Part shown: positions 11,086-22,505 of the stretch, in pieces
Position numbering within the stretch: the stretch's first letter is position 1
Layout: every line of letters begins with the position of its first letter
Origin: Thermacetogenium sp. UBA5472
GTDB lineage: Bacteria; Bacillota; DSM-12270; Thermacetogeniales; Thermacetogeniaceae
NCBI GenBank assembly: GCA_002426495.1
Contig: DIQC01000089.1
Coordinates: 28,728-92,727, forward strand
Length of the DNA: 64,000 nucleotides
Direction: 5' to 3'
Program-made: the position numbers and the translations under genes
Notes under the pieces: model-generated
Database searches by the model: none
Told to the model about the DNA's origin: nothing
Seen by the model: the letters and a program-made list of their open reading frames with translations, nothing else

Positions 11086-12455
11086 ATAACAAAAACTCGG
11101 CTTTCTCTTCCGTATTTTTCCGTCATTCTCTGGTAATCTTCCCTTTTGGAAAGAAAATCTTCCCTTCCCAGCAAAGCATAGGCCTGATGTTTGCCTTCCT
11201 CCACACCTGGCTGATCATATGGATTTACATTGTACAGATTAGCCACATAGATGGTCAAGGCTTCATAAAAGTAGAACAATGCCCCAAGAGCAGGAGTACA
11301 GTGTTCGCTGAGGGTGATCCGATAACAGGGATGACCGGCATTGACCAGGCTCACCTCTGTTGCCAGCTGTTCGATATGGAGCTGCTCCTGCATTGTATGA
11401 CCCTCAAAATAAGCATACTCCACCTCCTGAGAAAAAGCACCCGGTATTTTCAGGTCATATGGTACCTGATCAATGATTACAAAACCATGGACATTATCGG
11501 CAGGGCCCTCCTTAAATAACTGGAGCAAGGAATGCTGATCTGTCGCCCCGAGACAAGAGAAGGGTGTGGCTCCTATCCTCCCCACCTGCTCCCCGGTAAG
11601 TGTCTCCTTTTTTCCCAGGCTTTCCGCCCACAGCTGCATAAACCATAACCCGAACTCTACCAAGAGATTGCTGTAGTTAAACAGCACATGGGTGGTTCTC
11701 CCCTGTTGGGCATATTGATATAACGAACTGCCTAAAACCAAGAGAGGATTTTCTTCATCAGCTGCAGTGGTAACCACCCGCTGCACTGCAGCGGCGCCTT
11801 CCAGCAGGTCCCGGCAGTCGATACCCGCCAGTTCTGCCGGGAGAAAACCAACAGGGGATAATGCAGAATATCTGCCCCCCAGACGGGGTGGAAAGTGAAG
11901 TAAATAGCATCCAAGTTCAGCGGCGATGCGGTTGATCCCATTCTCCTTTTCATCGCAGATAATCACAATATCCCCATCGTCTCCACCGGCTTCCTTGTAT
12001 TTCTTATAAAAATAAATGAAATTAGCTGCAGTCTCCGGAGTTGACCCCGATTTGCTGATATAAATAAGAGCTGTCTTACTAAAATCCAAAATCCGTTCCA
12101 GCTGGGCAGCCGGAGCCGGATCAATGTTGTCCAGCACAAAAATGCGCGGTCTTTGCTTTTCCAAGTAATGATAATGGCCCTTGGCAAAATCCAAGATGGC
12201 CTTTGTCCCCAAGGCTGAGCCACCGATGCCCAGAATCAGAATGTTCTCATATTTTTCTCGCAGTTTCCTGGCAGTGGACTTTATATCAGCAATAGTTTCC
12301 TCATCCAAAAAAGAAGCGGTGATCGGTGTTCTATTCTCTTGTAGACCATCCTGAAATTTTCGAAAAATAGAGATATCTGCCGGGCTAAGCTGCAGTAAAC
12401 CTTCCTCTCCGGGCTGCACCAGGTGACCTGTATCGATCCTCAATAACCCATCCAT
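11082..12455 (-). CDS. pgi: Glucose-6-phosphate isomerase
   Basis: LGIGGSALG, ISKSGSTPET, GGRYSALS, QLWAESLGK, GATDQHS, PYDQPGVEEGK. Confidence 0.96.
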   Translation of the reverse strand: MDGLLRIDTGHLVQPGEEGLLQLSPADISIFRKFQDGLQENRTPITASFLDEETIADIKSTARKLREKYENILILGIGGSALGTKAILDFAKGHYHYLEKQRPRIFVLDNIDPAPAAQLERILDFSKTALIYISKSGSTPETAANFIYFYKKYKEAGGDDGDIVIICDEKENGINRIAAELGCYLLHFPPRLGGRYSALSPVGFLPAELAGIDCRDLLEGAAAVQRVVTTAADEENPLLVLGSSLYQYAQQGRTTHVLFNYSNLLVEFGLWFMQLWAESLGKKETLTGEQVGRIGATPFSCLGATDQHSLLQLFKEGPADNVHGFVIIDQVPYDLKIPGAFSQEVEYAYFEGHTMQEQLHIEQLATEVSLVNAGHPCYRITLSEHCTPALGALFYFYEALTIYVANLYNVNPYDQPGVEEGKHQAYALLGREDFLSKREDYQRMTEKYGRESRVFVI

Positions 12456-12515
12456 AAACCCCCACACACATCCTTTCCGGTGTCACAGATATTTATTAGT
12501 TTATTCTCCCATTGA

Positions 12516-13388
12516 TCAGCTTATTATATTAGTGGTCAATGTGGCTTCAGGATATCCCTTCCCCAGAATGACCATTTCACGAAGAGCCAAAGCTACCCCA
12601 TCCTCATTATTAGATGCCGTAATATAGTGTACCTGAGAGCGCACATCCGGGTGAGCATTGGCAACAGCAAAACCATAACCGGCATACTCCAGCATCTCCA
12701 GGTCATTGAAACTGTCCCCAAAGGCCATCACCTGTTCCCTGCCGATGTTCAGCCGTTCCGCCAGTTTACTCAGAGCCACTCCTTTTGTCGCTAATGGATG
12801 ATTCACCTCCAGGTAGGTAGGCTTGGACTTAGTAAGATGTGCAGCAAACCCTTTCCCATTGAGGACTCCTCCCAGCTCTTCCAACTCCTGATCGATTACC
12901 TGCTCATCATCGATCAACAGCATTTTATAGGGAAGTCCCTGTTCCAGCAATTCCTCAAGATCATCCACCCTTGTAAAAGGAATACCAGCCAAATGCTCGT
13001 AGTGCTCCCCAGCCTCTGTCACACGCTCAACAAAAACCTTATCTTCAAAATAAAAGTTGGCTTGTATTTTTTTACTGCGCCCATACTGAATCGCAATTCT
13101 AGATATTTCCTGGGAAAGGGGACAGTTGTAAAGCACCTCCTCTGAGAAAACATTCTTGACCAAAGCGCCCTGATATGTAATCAAAGGAACATCAAATTCC
13201 AACTGTTCAGCATAGGGACGCGCCGAAGGCAACATCCTCCCTGTGGCCAGAGTGACTGTAACCCCTGCCTCCCGCACTTCCTGCAAAATATCTTTGGAAA
13301 ACTGCGAAATTGTCAAGTCATCCCGCAGCAGTGTATCATCAAGATCAATGGCTACCAGTTTAATTTCCTGCATCCTAAAGTCATTCAC
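12516..13388 (-). CDS. Cof-type HAD-IIB hydrolase
   Basis: DLDDTLL, ATGR, ATKG, FGDSFNDLEML motifs. Confidence 0.93.
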   Translation of the reverse strand: MNDFRMQEIKLVAIDLDDTLLRDDLTISQFSKDILQEVREAGVTVTLATGRMLPSARPYAEQLEFDVPLITYQGALVKNVFSEEVLYNCPLSQEISRIAIQYGRSKKIQANFYFEDKVFVERVTEAGEHYEHLAGIPFTRVDDLEELLEQGLPYKMLLIDDEQVIDQELEELGGVLNGKGFAAHLTKSKPTYLEVNHPLATKGVALSKLAERLNIGREQVMAFGDSFNDLEMLEYAGYGFAVANAHPDVRSQVHYITASNNEDGVALALREMVILGKGYPEATLTTNIIS

Positions 13389-13575
13389 TCCATTTCAGCA
13401 GTCATGGAAATAGTTGGCACAGATATAATTATTTGTACCTCAGTCTTTACCTACTACTAGTTTAACATATTAGTACCATCCCTTCTGCACCACCGCTGGA
13501 CAAAAATGTCACAGTTGCTCACTGTGACTTTTAGACACATCCATTATAGTTTGGCTACATATTGCTGTGCTATTA

Positions 13576-14193
13576 TCATTTATTAATAAATCTTTTCTTC
13601 ACATAAAACACTGCTAACGCTAAACCACAGACAACAAAAACCATAGCAATGATCTTTGAATAAATATCCATGTAAGAAGCAATTACTACCCAAGCCTCTC
13701 CCGCCAGTCTACCCAAATAGATAAGAACCATATTCCAAATGAATGTACCCAGGATTGTCAACAGCAAGAATCCACCGAACTTCATTTTGGACATTCCTGC
13801 CGGTATGGATATCAAACTGCGTACAATTGGCACAAATCTGCATAAGAAAACCGCTGCATGACCATGTTTCTTAAACCATTTATCTGCTCTCCTGACATCC
13901 TCTGCCTTTAAATGCAGCACCCTGCCAACCTTACCGCTAAACAAAAGCTCAAATCGTTCCGCATTCAACACTCGTCCGAGTGTATATAAACCAGTTGCTC
14001 CTAAAACTGAGCCCAGTGTGGCAAATAAAATAACTCCCCAGACGGTCATCGTGGTGTATGTTGTCATAAAACCTCCGAAAGTTAAAATTATCTCGGATGG
14101 TATCGGCGGAAAAAAATTCTCGATAATAATCAATAAGAAAACACCAAGATAACCATATTGATTTATGATACTTATAATAAGATCATTCATCAT
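13576..14193 (-). CDS. DedA-family membrane protein
   Basis: ENFFPPIPSEIIL, RFVPIVRSLISIPAG; several hydrophobic segments. Confidence 0.93.
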   Translation of the reverse strand: MMNDLIISIINQYGYLGVFLLIIIENFFPPIPSEIILTFGGFMTTYTTMTVWGVILFATLGSVLGATGLYTLGRVLNAERFELLFSGKVGRVLHLKAEDVRRADKWFKKHGHAAVFLCRFVPIVRSLISIPAGMSKMKFGGFLLLTILGTFIWNMVLIYLGRLAGEAWVVIASYMDIYSKIIAMVFVVCGLALAVFYVKKRFINK

Positions 14194-14369
14194 GTAATAT
14201 CGGCCTCCCGTTTTACCAAGGCACCTGCATCAACTAAGGTATCATTTTTTCTATAATTGGCACTCGTTTTCTATGATAGCATATTTTATATGCTCATGTT
14301 ATTCATTTAGCTGCTGAAGGAAACGAGTGGAAACAAAGGAACGTTCATGTCAGGAATTCGTTTAACTGA

Positions 14370-16169
14370 CTAACTAAGAACTTGTTTCAATTCCTCCGCT
14401 ACTTTTCTATTCATCCCAGGCACTGCAGCCAGTTCATCGATGGAAGCCTTGCGTATGCGTTTTAGTGAACCGAAATGCCTGAGCAGCGCTTCCTGCCTCT
14501 TTTTGCCGACTCCTGGCACCTGCCTCAAAACAGATGCCTTCATCCTGCGCTGACGCAATTTTTTTTGGTAGGTGAGGGCAAAGCGATGGGCCTCGTCACG
14601 AGCCCGCTGCAGCAGATGCAACCCCGGATGATTGCGGGGAAGAACAAGAGGCTCACTGCGTCCTGGCAGGTAAATCTCTTCTTCCTCCTCAGCTAGTGAA
14701 GCTAGATTAAGGTGTGGGGCATCAATTTGCCGCAAGGCCTTTAGAGCTGAATTCAGCTGGCCTTTTCCCCCATCGATCAACAGCAGATCAGGGAGGTTGT
14801 TTTTGGCGCTATTGCTGAGGCGGCGCTTCACTGCCTCCTGTATAGCCGCGTAATCATCACCACAAACCTCTGCCTTGATCCGGTAATGCCTGTATCCCTT
14901 TTTATCTGGCTGCCCATCGGTGAAACAGACAAGAGAGCCTACAGTTTCCTGCCCCCCCAGGTGTGAAATATCGATGCACTCCAACCTTGCCGGCGGCTTA
15001 TCCAGGCCCAGGGCCTCTTGTAAATCCAAAACCAGTGCAATCCCTTTTTCTTTATTTTTCAGCGAACTGCGATAGTGCTGCTCAGCGATAACACTTGCAT
15101 TTTCCAAAGCCATGCCCACCAACTCCTTACCCCGCCCACGCTTGGGGAACCGAATCCTAACTCGTTTCCCCTTCTGATCTGTCAGCCAGGAGGCCAGTAG
15201 GTCAGCTTCATCTACCTGAGCACTGGTGAGGATTGCGGAAGGAATCTCCCTTCCCCTATGGTAGTATCTCTTGATAAATGAAGAGAGAACTTCCCCTTCA
15301 GGCAGCCCCTCTGCACCAGTGAGAAAGTAATGCTCCTTGGCCACTACATTCCCCCCGCGTGCCCGCAGGGTGACCACACAGACATCATCCAGGTAACTCC
15401 CTACTGCCAGAAAGTCCTGATCAGGTCCTGTTGCCTGGGCTACCCGCTGCTGTTCATGCAGTTTATTGACTGCATCCAGTTGATTGCGCAGCCGGGCAGC
15501 TTCCTCGAAGTCCAGCCTTTCCGCGGCATCCTTCATCTGCTGGCTCAGGCGTTTTTCTACCTCATTGGTCCTGCCCTCCAGAAACAAAACCAGCTGCTCG
15601 ATCATCTCCTGGTATTCTTCAAGAGACACATTCCCCACGCAGGGGCCCACACACTGTTTGATCTGTCCATTGAGACAAGTCCTGCTGCGAGGCGCCAGTT
15701 TGCGTTCAGAGCAGGTGCGAAAGGAAAAAAGTTTGCGTAAAAAGTCCATGGTTTCTTTGACCGCCCCCACATTGGGGTATGGTCCGAAATAGCGAGAGCC
15801 GTCCCGCACCAGGTTGCGTGTCATCATCACCCTGGGGAACTCCTCTGCAGTGACCCTGATATATGGATAGGATTTATCATCCTTAAGCTGAATATTGTAC
15901 TTTGGACGGTTCTCTTTGATCAGGTTGCATTCCAAGACTAGGGCTTCCGCCTCGGTGTCAGTGATGATGTACTCCAGGCGAGCGGCCTCCTCTGTCATTT
16001 TCCTGATCCGTTCGCTAAGCCCTCCGGGCTGAAAGTAAGACCGCAGACGGTTAGGCAGCGAGACAGCCTTCCCCACATAAATAACCCTTCCCGACCGGTT
16101 CCGGAAGATATAGACCCCCGGCCTGTCGGGAATAAGATCCAGCTCTTTCTTAATATTCTGTATCGCCAC
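14370..16169 (-). CDS. uvrC: Excinuclease ABC subunit C
   Basis: GIY-YIG (PGVY...YVGKA), UVR domain, ECIDISH, LIDGGKGQL, RDEAHRFA, C-terminal HhH. Confidence 0.98.
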   Translation of the reverse strand: MAIQNIKKELDLIPDRPGVYIFRNRSGRVIYVGKAVSLPNRLRSYFQPGGLSERIRKMTEEAARLEYIITDTEAEALVLECNLIKENRPKYNIQLKDDKSYPYIRVTAEEFPRVMMTRNLVRDGSRYFGPYPNVGAVKETMDFLRKLFSFRTCSERKLAPRSRTCLNGQIKQCVGPCVGNVSLEEYQEMIEQLVLFLEGRTNEVEKRLSQQMKDAAERLDFEEAARLRNQLDAVNKLHEQQRVAQATGPDQDFLAVGSYLDDVCVVTLRARGGNVVAKEHYFLTGAEGLPEGEVLSSFIKRYYHRGREIPSAILTSAQVDEADLLASWLTDQKGKRVRIRFPKRGRGKELVGMALENASVIAEQHYRSSLKNKEKGIALVLDLQEALGLDKPPARLECIDISHLGGQETVGSLVCFTDGQPDKKGYRHYRIKAEVCGDDYAAIQEAVKRRLSNSAKNNLPDLLLIDGGKGQLNSALKALRQIDAPHLNLASLAEEEEEIYLPGRSEPLVLPRNHPGLHLLQRARDEAHRFALTYQKKLRQRRMKASVLRQVPGVGKKRQEALLRHFGSLKRIRKASIDELAAVPGMNRKVAEELKQVLS

Positions 16170-16197
16170 TGTCCCATCTCCTTAGCTGCAATGCGTA

Positions 16198-19113
16198 TTA
16201 ACCGCTGACCAATGCGGTTTTATCGGCATGACGCTGAGTGGGGTTGGCAACCTGGAATACCTCTTTTAAGTAACGTCCGGTATAGGAGTTGTAATTCTCG
16301 GCAACCTCTTCCGGTGTTCCGGTGGCGATCACCTGGCCTCCCCCAGCTCCCCCTTCGGGGCCGAGATCGATGATGTAATCCGCTGTTTTAATCACATCCA
16401 GGTTATGCTCAATGACCACAACTGTATTGCCCTTTTCCACAAGCCTTTCTAAGACCAGCAGAAGTCTTCTGATATCCTCTTTATGCAGACCGGTGGTTGG
16501 CTCATCCAAAATATAGAGAGTGCTGCCTTTGCTGCGCCGTGAAAGCTCTGTGGCCAGTTTGACACGCTGAGCCTCCCCCCCTGACAGGGTGGTAGCAGGC
16601 TGTCCCAGCCTAATATAGCCCAATCCCACATCATACAATGTCTGCAATTTACGGTTCACCTTAGGGATGTTCTCAAAAAACTCATTGGCCTCACTGACAG
16701 TCATATCCAGAACCTCAGCAATATTCTTCCCTTTGTACTTGACCTCCAGTGTTTCGCGGTTATAACGGCTCCCCCTGCACTCATCACAGGGAACATAGAC
16801 ATCAGGCAAAAAGTGCATCTCGATTTTAATAATGCCATCCCCACGGCAGGCTTCACAGCGCCCACCCCGCACATTAAAGCTGAAGCGGCCCGGACGGTAA
16901 CCTTTCATTCGTGATGCCGGGGTTAAGGAGAAAAGTTCCCTGATCCCGTCAAAGGCCCCTGTATAGGTAGCAGGGTTCGACCTGGGGGTTCTCCCAATAG
17001 GAGACTGGTCAATTTTGACAACTTTTTCCAGGTGTTCAATGCCGAGTAGCTCACGAAAAGCCCCGGGATGAGCATGGGAGCGATGAAGCTTTTGAGCAAG
17101 CGCTTTATAGATAATCTCATCCAGCAGAGTACTCTTCCCTGACCCGGAAACCCCGGTAATACAAACAAAAAGTCCTAAAGGAATCCTTACATCAATATCT
17201 TTTAAATTGAACTCCCCAGCGCCCCTCACCTCTAGCCAGCGATCATTAGGCTTACGGCGTGCCTCTGGCACAGGAATATCCTTGCGCCCACTCAGATACT
17301 GTCCGGTGATCGATTCTTTTACCTTGACGATCTCTTCTAGTGTACCCTGAGCGATGAGCTCACCGCCGTGAACCCCGGCGCCAGGGCCGATGTCGATAAT
17401 TTGATCTGCATTGAGCATCATCTCTTCATCATGTTCCACAATGATCAGGGTATTCCCCAGATCACGCAGCTGCTTCAGTGTCCCAATCAGCCTGGTGTTG
17501 TCCCTGGGATGTAGCCCGATAGTCGGTTCATCCAAGATATAGAGAACTCCCACCAGGCCGGAGCCGATCTGGGTGGCCAACCTGATCCTCTGTGCCTCAC
17601 CCCCGGCCAGTGTTCCTGCAGGGCGATCTAATGTGAGATAGTCGAGCCCCACATTCACTAAAAAGGTAAGGCGAGAAATGATTTCTTTCACCACCTGATG
17701 AGCGATCTGCTCCTCCCTGTTGGTCAGAGAAAGGTTTTGGATGAAGGATTGCATCTCTAAAATTGTCCGGGCTGTTACCTCAGCGATATTTTTACCACCA
17801 ACTGTTACTGCCAGGGCCTCCGGACGCAGTCTTGCTCCTTTGCAGCTAGGACAGGGACGAGAAGTCATATAGCGCCCAATATAATCCCGCACATCTTCAG
17901 AATCCGTTTCCCTATAACGGCGGGTCAACTGGTTGACTAGTCCCTCAAATTTTCCCTGCCAATTCCTTGTCTGCCCAAACTGATCTTCATAATGAAAACG
18001 AATTTCCTCATCTGTTCCGTAGAGCAGTATGTCCTGCACCTGTGATGGCAGATCCTTGTAAGGTGTATCCCAACTGCACTTATAGTGATCCATGAGGGAT
18101 TTCACTATCTGCGGATAGTAGTTCTGGGGAGAATGGGACCAAGGTAATAAAGCACCCGCCCGCACAGCCCTATCCTTGTCAACCACCAGTTCAGGAACCA
18201 CCTCCATCCCGTAGCCGAGGCCTGAACATTCACTGCAGGCCCCGTGAGGGCTGTTGAAGGAAAAGAGGCGGGGGGTGATCTCTGCCAAACTGATCCCACA
18301 CTCCGGGCAGGCGAAGTTCTGGCTGAACACCACATCAGTACCATCAACAGGAATCTTACCATCTACCGGAATAACTACGGCGATCCCCTCACCGAGTCCT
18401 AGAGCAGTCTCTAGAGAATCGGCCAGGCGGTTTTCCAATCCCGACCGTACAACCAGGCGATCGATGACTACATCTATATCATGCTTTTTATATCTCTCCA
18501 GGGTGATATCTTCATCAAGCTCCCGGATCTCGCCATTAACACGCACCCGCACAAAGCCCTTCTTCTGTAGATCACTAAAGATCCGCTGATGCTCACCCTT
18601 TTTTCCCCGCACAATGGGAGCCAGTATCTGGACCTTAGTACCTTCAGGGTAAGCCATAATCTGGTCAACCATCTGGGTCACCGTCTGCTGCTGCACCGGC
18701 CTGCCGCACTGAGGGCAATGAGGCTTACCGATGCGGGCAAACAAAAGCCGCAGATAGTCATAGATCTCTGTTACCGTCCCCACAGTGGATCTGGGATTGC
18801 GGCTCCCCGCCTTCTGGTCGATAGAAATGGCGGGAGAAAGCCCTTCAATATAGTCCACATCAGGCTTGTCTGCAACCCCTAAAAATTGCCGCGCATAAGA
18901 GGAAAGGGACTCCACATAGCGGCGCTGCCCTTCGGCGTAAACCGTATCGAAAGCTAATGAGGACTTTCCTGACCCAGAAAGCCCGGTAATCACTACCATT
19001 TTTTCACGGGGTATATCCACATCAATGTTTTTCAGGTTGTGGACCCGTGCCCCCCGGATGACAATTTTGTCCCTCTCCGGGAGGTTGATTTCTTTTTCTA
19101 CTCTTGCACACAT
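16198..19113 (-). CDS. uvrA: Excinuclease ABC subunit A
   Basis: GARVHNLKN, two GxSGSGKS Walker A motifs, zinc fingers, LxGGEAQR signatures. Confidence 0.98.
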   Translation of the reverse strand: MCARVEKEINLPERDKIVIRGARVHNLKNIDVDIPREKMVVITGLSGSGKSSLAFDTVYAEGQRRYVESLSSYARQFLGVADKPDVDYIEGLSPAISIDQKAGSRNPRSTVGTVTEIYDYLRLLFARIGKPHCPQCGRPVQQQTVTQMVDQIMAYPEGTKVQILAPIVRGKKGEHQRIFSDLQKKGFVRVRVNGEIRELDEDITLERYKKHDIDVVIDRLVVRSGLENRLADSLETALGLGEGIAVVIPVDGKIPVDGTDVVFSQNFACPECGISLAEITPRLFSFNSPHGACSECSGLGYGMEVVPELVVDKDRAVRAGALLPWSHSPQNYYPQIVKSLMDHYKCSWDTPYKDLPSQVQDILLYGTDEEIRFHYEDQFGQTRNWQGKFEGLVNQLTRRYRETDSEDVRDYIGRYMTSRPCPSCKGARLRPEALAVTVGGKNIAEVTARTILEMQSFIQNLSLTNREEQIAHQVVKEIISRLTFLVNVGLDYLTLDRPAGTLAGGEAQRIRLATQIGSGLVGVLYILDEPTIGLHPRDNTRLIGTLKQLRDLGNTLIIVEHDEEMMLNADQIIDIGPGAGVHGGELIAQGTLEEIVKVKESITGQYLSGRKDIPVPEARRKPNDRWLEVRGAGEFNLKDIDVRIPLGLFVCITGVSGSGKSTLLDEIIYKALAQKLHRSHAHPGAFRELLGIEHLEKVVKIDQSPIGRTPRSNPATYTGAFDGIRELFSLTPASRMKGYRPGRFSFNVRGGRCEACRGDGIIKIEMHFLPDVYVPCDECRGSRYNRETLEVKYKGKNIAEVLDMTVSEANEFFENIPKVNRKLQTLYDVGLGYIRLGQPATTLSGGEAQRVKLATELSRRSKGSTLYILDEPTTGLHKEDIRRLLLVLERLVEKGNTVVVIEHNLDVIKTADYIIDLGPEGGAGGGQVIATGTPEEVAENYNSYTGRYLKEVFQVANPTQRHADKTALVSG

Positions 19114-21194
19114 GATTGCTTGCGATGCCTCCCTGTTACATCCATTTCTGCATCTATCTCCAACTGCTCTTCTATCTGTTCCACGGATTTGCTTTTGCGG
19201 CGTGACCTTGTAGACAGTTCTTTACGCAGTTCCATGATCAAATCACGCAACCCTGCCGCTTTCTCAAAGGCCAAGTCCTTGGCAGACTGGCGCATCTCCT
19301 TCTCCAACCGGGAAATAAGCTTTTCCAATTCCTTTCTATTCATATCGTCCAAAGGTTTTCCAACCCTGTAGGTTCCCTTCTCCTCGGCAACCTGGGCTGG
19401 AAGAGTTATTTCAATGACATCCCTGACCGCCTTTTGAATAGTGCGGGGTACGATGCCATGCCGTTCATTGTGATCCTTTTGAATCTGACGCCTTCTATTT
19501 GTCTCTCCGATAGCCCGCTTCATAGAGTCAGTGATTCTATCCGCATACATGATCACTTTTCCCTCTACATTTCTGGCAGCTCTCCCTGTAGTCTGAATCA
19601 AGGAGCGTTCAGAGCGCAGAAACCCTTCTTTATCCGCATCCAAAATAGCTACCAGTGCTACCTCAGGGAGATCAAGCCCCTCCCGTAAGAGGTTAATACC
19701 CACCAGCACATCAAACACCCCCAGGCGCAGATCCCGCAGTATCTCCATCCGCTCTAGGGTTTTTATATCTGAATGCATATAACGCACACGGATCCCTAAT
19801 TCACGCAGGTAATCGGTCAGATCCTCAGCCATCTTTTTCGTCAAGGTAGTCACCAACACCCGCTGCTGTTTGTCCACCCTGATCCTGATCTGTTCCACCA
19901 GATCATCTACCTGTCCTTGGGCAGGACGCACCTCCACCTCCGGATCTATCAGCCCGGTAGGCCGCACGATCTGCTCTGCTACCTGGTGACTGTGGCCCAT
20001 CTCAAATGCCCCCGGAGTCGCCGAAACAAATATTGCCTGGGGCACCCTGGCCAGGAACTCATCAAAGCGCAGCGGCCTGTTATCCAGGGCTGAGGGAAGC
20101 CTGAACCCGTAGTCCACCAGAGTACTCTTCCTGCTGAAATCACCGGCATACATCCCATTGATCTGCGGCACTGTAATATGCGACTCATCGATGACTACCA
20201 GAAAATCTTCCGGAAAGAAATCGAGCAAGCAGTAAGGAGGCTCTCCCGGCTTACGCCCAGTTAAATGACGGGAGTAATTCTCAATCCCCCTACAGATACC
20301 CACCTCACGCATCATCTCCAGATCATAACGAGTGCGCTGCTCCAGACGCTGGGCCTCCAAGAGCTTCTCCTCTCTGTGCAGTTCTTGTAAGCGTTCTTCT
20401 AACTCCTCTTCGATCCCCCGGATCGCTTTTTCCATTTGCTCAGGAGCGGTCACATAGTGAGAGGCAGGAAAAACCACCGCATGGAGGCGCCGGGCTATAA
20501 CCTCACCGGTAAGGGTATCTATCTCTAAAATACGGTCGATTTCATCACCGAAGAACTCCACCCGCAGGGCCTTTTCAGTAAAAGAAGAAGGAAAGATCTC
20601 CAGCACATCCCCCCGCACCCGAAAGCGTCCCCGCTCAAACTCATAGTCATTGCGTTGGTAATGTATATCCACCAAACGCTCAATTACCTCATCCCGGTCG
20701 ATCTTCATCCCCTGGCGCAGAGAAACCATCATTTCACGGTAATAGACCGGAGACCCTAAACCGTAGATACAGGAAACACTGGCTACAATGATCACATCAT
20801 CCCGCTCAAAAGTACTAGCAGTGGCGGAGTGGCGTAGCCTATCTAACTCCTCATTTAATGAAGAGTCCTTTTCAATATAAGTATCAGTCGAAGGCACATA
20901 GGCCTCTGGCTGGAAATAGTCATAGTAGCTGACGAAATATTCCACCGCATGGTCAGGAAAAAACTCCCGAAACTCCCCGCAAAGTTGTGCGGCCAATGTT
21001 TTATTAGGAGCGATAACCAGTGTGGGCTTTTGCACATCCTGGATAACTCCGGCGATGGTAAATGTTTTTCCTGAACCAGTGACCCCCAACAAAGTCTGGA
21101 AAGGCATACCAGATGTGATACCTTTGCTCAAAGAAGATATGGCCTTTGGCTGATCTCCAGTGGGGGAAAATGGTGATTTTAAGGTAAATTTCAT
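19098..21194 (-). CDS. uvrB: Excinuclease ABC subunit B
   Basis: [24 protein letters not shown] beta-hairpin, [18 protein letters not shown]-terminal UVR domain. Confidence 0.98.
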   Translation of the reverse strand: MKFTLKSPFSPTGDQPKAISSLSKGITSGMPFQTLLGVTGSGKTFTIAGVIQDVQKPTLVIAPNKTLAAQLCGEFREFFPDHAVEYFVSYYDYFQPEAYVPSTDTYIEKDSSLNEELDRLRHSATASTFERDDVIIVASVSCIYGLGSPVYYREMMVSLRQGMKIDRDEVIERLVDIHYQRNDYEFERGRFRVRGDVLEIFPSSFTEKALRVEFFGDEIDRILEIDTLTGEVIARRLHAVVFPASHYVTAPEQMEKAIRGIEEELEERLQELHREEKLLEAQRLEQRTRYDLEMMREVGICRGIENYSRHLTGRKPGEPPYCLLDFFPEDFLVVIDESHITVPQINGMYAGDFSRKSTLVDYGFRLPSALDNRPLRFDEFLARVPQAIFVSATPGAFEMGHSHQVAEQIVRPTGLIDPEVEVRPAQGQVDDLVEQIRIRVDKQQRVLVTTLTKKMAEDLTDYLRELGIRVRYMHSDIKTLERMEILRDLRLGVFDVLVGINLLREGLDLPEVALVAILDADKEGFLRSERSLIQTTGRAARNVEGKVIMYADRITDSMKRAIGETNRRRQIQKDHNERHGIVPRTIQKAVRDVIEITLPAQVAEEKGTYRVGKPLDDMNRKELEKLISRLEKEMRQSAKDLAFEKAAGLRDLIMELRKELSTRSRRKSKSVEQIEEQLEIDAEMDVTGRHRKQSCVQE

Positions 21195-21367
21195 CTATAA
21201 CACCCGCTTTTATTAAAAATAGCCACTATTTTCAACAATTATTCGCCTTTTTGGCCTGTCAAGCGACAAATATTCAAGTTATCTATACAACGCATTATAC
21301 CATAAAGCCCGTCACCGTTAATAGAAAGGCGATCACTGGGTAATAATAAAAAAAAAGAACTTCGGAA

Positions 21368-22105
21368 GTGAATACTTTGAATGAAGCTCTTGTAGTAATT
21401 GTTCGGGGTGTTATTGGCTTTTTTACACTGCTGATCTTTGCACGGCTTTTAGGCAAACAACAGATCAGCCAGCTCAGCTTTTTTGATTATATTCTGGGTA
21501 TTACCATTGGCTCTATAGCAGCCAGCCTGACTACAGATCTTACAACCCGGGCCTGGCCGCACTGGGTTGGCCTGGCAGTCTGGACCTTCCTTGTAGCGGT
21601 TTTACAGTTGCTCACCCTGAAATGGAGATATGCTGGTAAATATATTGATGGAGAACCAACTGTGGTGATCATGAACGGCAAAATTATGGAAAATGCCATG
21701 AAAAAACTGCGCTACCGTACCAGCGAACTCCTGGAGCAGTTGCGCCTGCAAAATGTATTTGATATATCACAGGTGGAATTCGCAGTTCTAGAAGTCAACG
21801 GTCAACTATCAGTTCTTAAGAAATCACAATATCAAACAGTCACCACACAGGATCTTAATATTTCTACCAACTATCAAGGTATAGGCACTGAATTGATTTA
21901 TGACGGAGTTGTTGTGGAACAAAACCTTGGACAGGTTAATCTAGACCGCACCTGGTTGGATGATCAGTTGAGAAGCGAGGGGATCAACGACCCTGCTGAG
22001 GTATTCCTGGCCAACCTGGATACCCAGGGTAACCTCTATATCGATAAATACCAGGATCATCTACAAAAGCTGACAGATATCGGGGATTATCCCGGACCAC
22101 ATTGA
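21368..22105 (+). CDS. DUF421 (YetF-like) membrane protein
   Basis: RLLGKQQISQLSFFDY, GITIGS, GEPTVVIMNGKI, AVLEVNGQLSV pattern. Confidence 0.88.
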   Translation: MNTLNEALVVIVRGVIGFFTLLIFARLLGKQQISQLSFFDYILGITIGSIAASLTTDLTTRAWPHWVGLAVWTFLVAVLQLLTLKWRYAGKYIDGEPTVVIMNGKIMENAMKKLRYRTSELLEQLRLQNVFDISQVEFAVLEVNGQLSVLKKSQYQTVTTQDLNISTNYQGIGTELIYDGVVVEQNLGQVNLDRTWLDDQLRSEGINDPAEVFLANLDTQGNLYIDKYQDHLQKLTDIGDYPGPH

Positions 22106-22106
22106 G

Positions 22107-22481
22107 GTGAACGCCTTGAAAAAACTCATTTACTACCTACTTCCTGTTGCGATACTGGCTCTGTTTATTGGAATTATGCTATCCGGTTCCTATCTGAAAC
22201 AGCCTCGTGGAGAGGATGATAGTGTTTCAGGCAAACTAGTGTTGGTGAAGGAAGCTGTACAAAAAGGCGACTGGAAAAGTGCCCAACAGGAGATAGACAA
22301 CCTGGAAGAAGCCTGGGAGAAGGTAGTGCCCAGAATTCAGTTCAGCATGGAAAAAAATGAAATAAACGATCTGGGTGTAAGCCTGACCAGAGCGCGAGCA
22401 GCAATAACAGCAAAAGATATAGCAGGAGCGTTAATGGAACTGGAAGAGGCAGAGCATCACTGGCATAGCTTAGGGAATTAA
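22107..22481 (+). CDS. DUF4363-family protein
   Basis: N-terminal TM segment, W...W..V..RIQFS.E..E pattern; usual partner of DUF421 genes. Confidence 0.75.
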   Translation: MNALKKLIYYLLPVAILALFIGIMLSGSYLKQPRGEDDSVSGKLVLVKEAVQKGDWKSAQQEIDNLEEAWEKVVPRIQFSMEKNEINDLGVSLTRARAAITAKDIAGALMELEEAEHHWHSLGN

Positions 22482-22505
22482 TAGCTTTTTTAGTTTATGT
22501 TGAGA

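Noticed and set aside
13415-14272. Sigma54 -24 hexamers TGGCAC at 13415 and 14258
   Set aside because: Neither has the -12 TTGC element at the required spacing, and both face away from the adjacent minus-strand genes.
21195-21367. LexA (GAAC-N4-GTTC) box upstream of uvrB
   Set aside because: No match found; absence alone is too weak to report.
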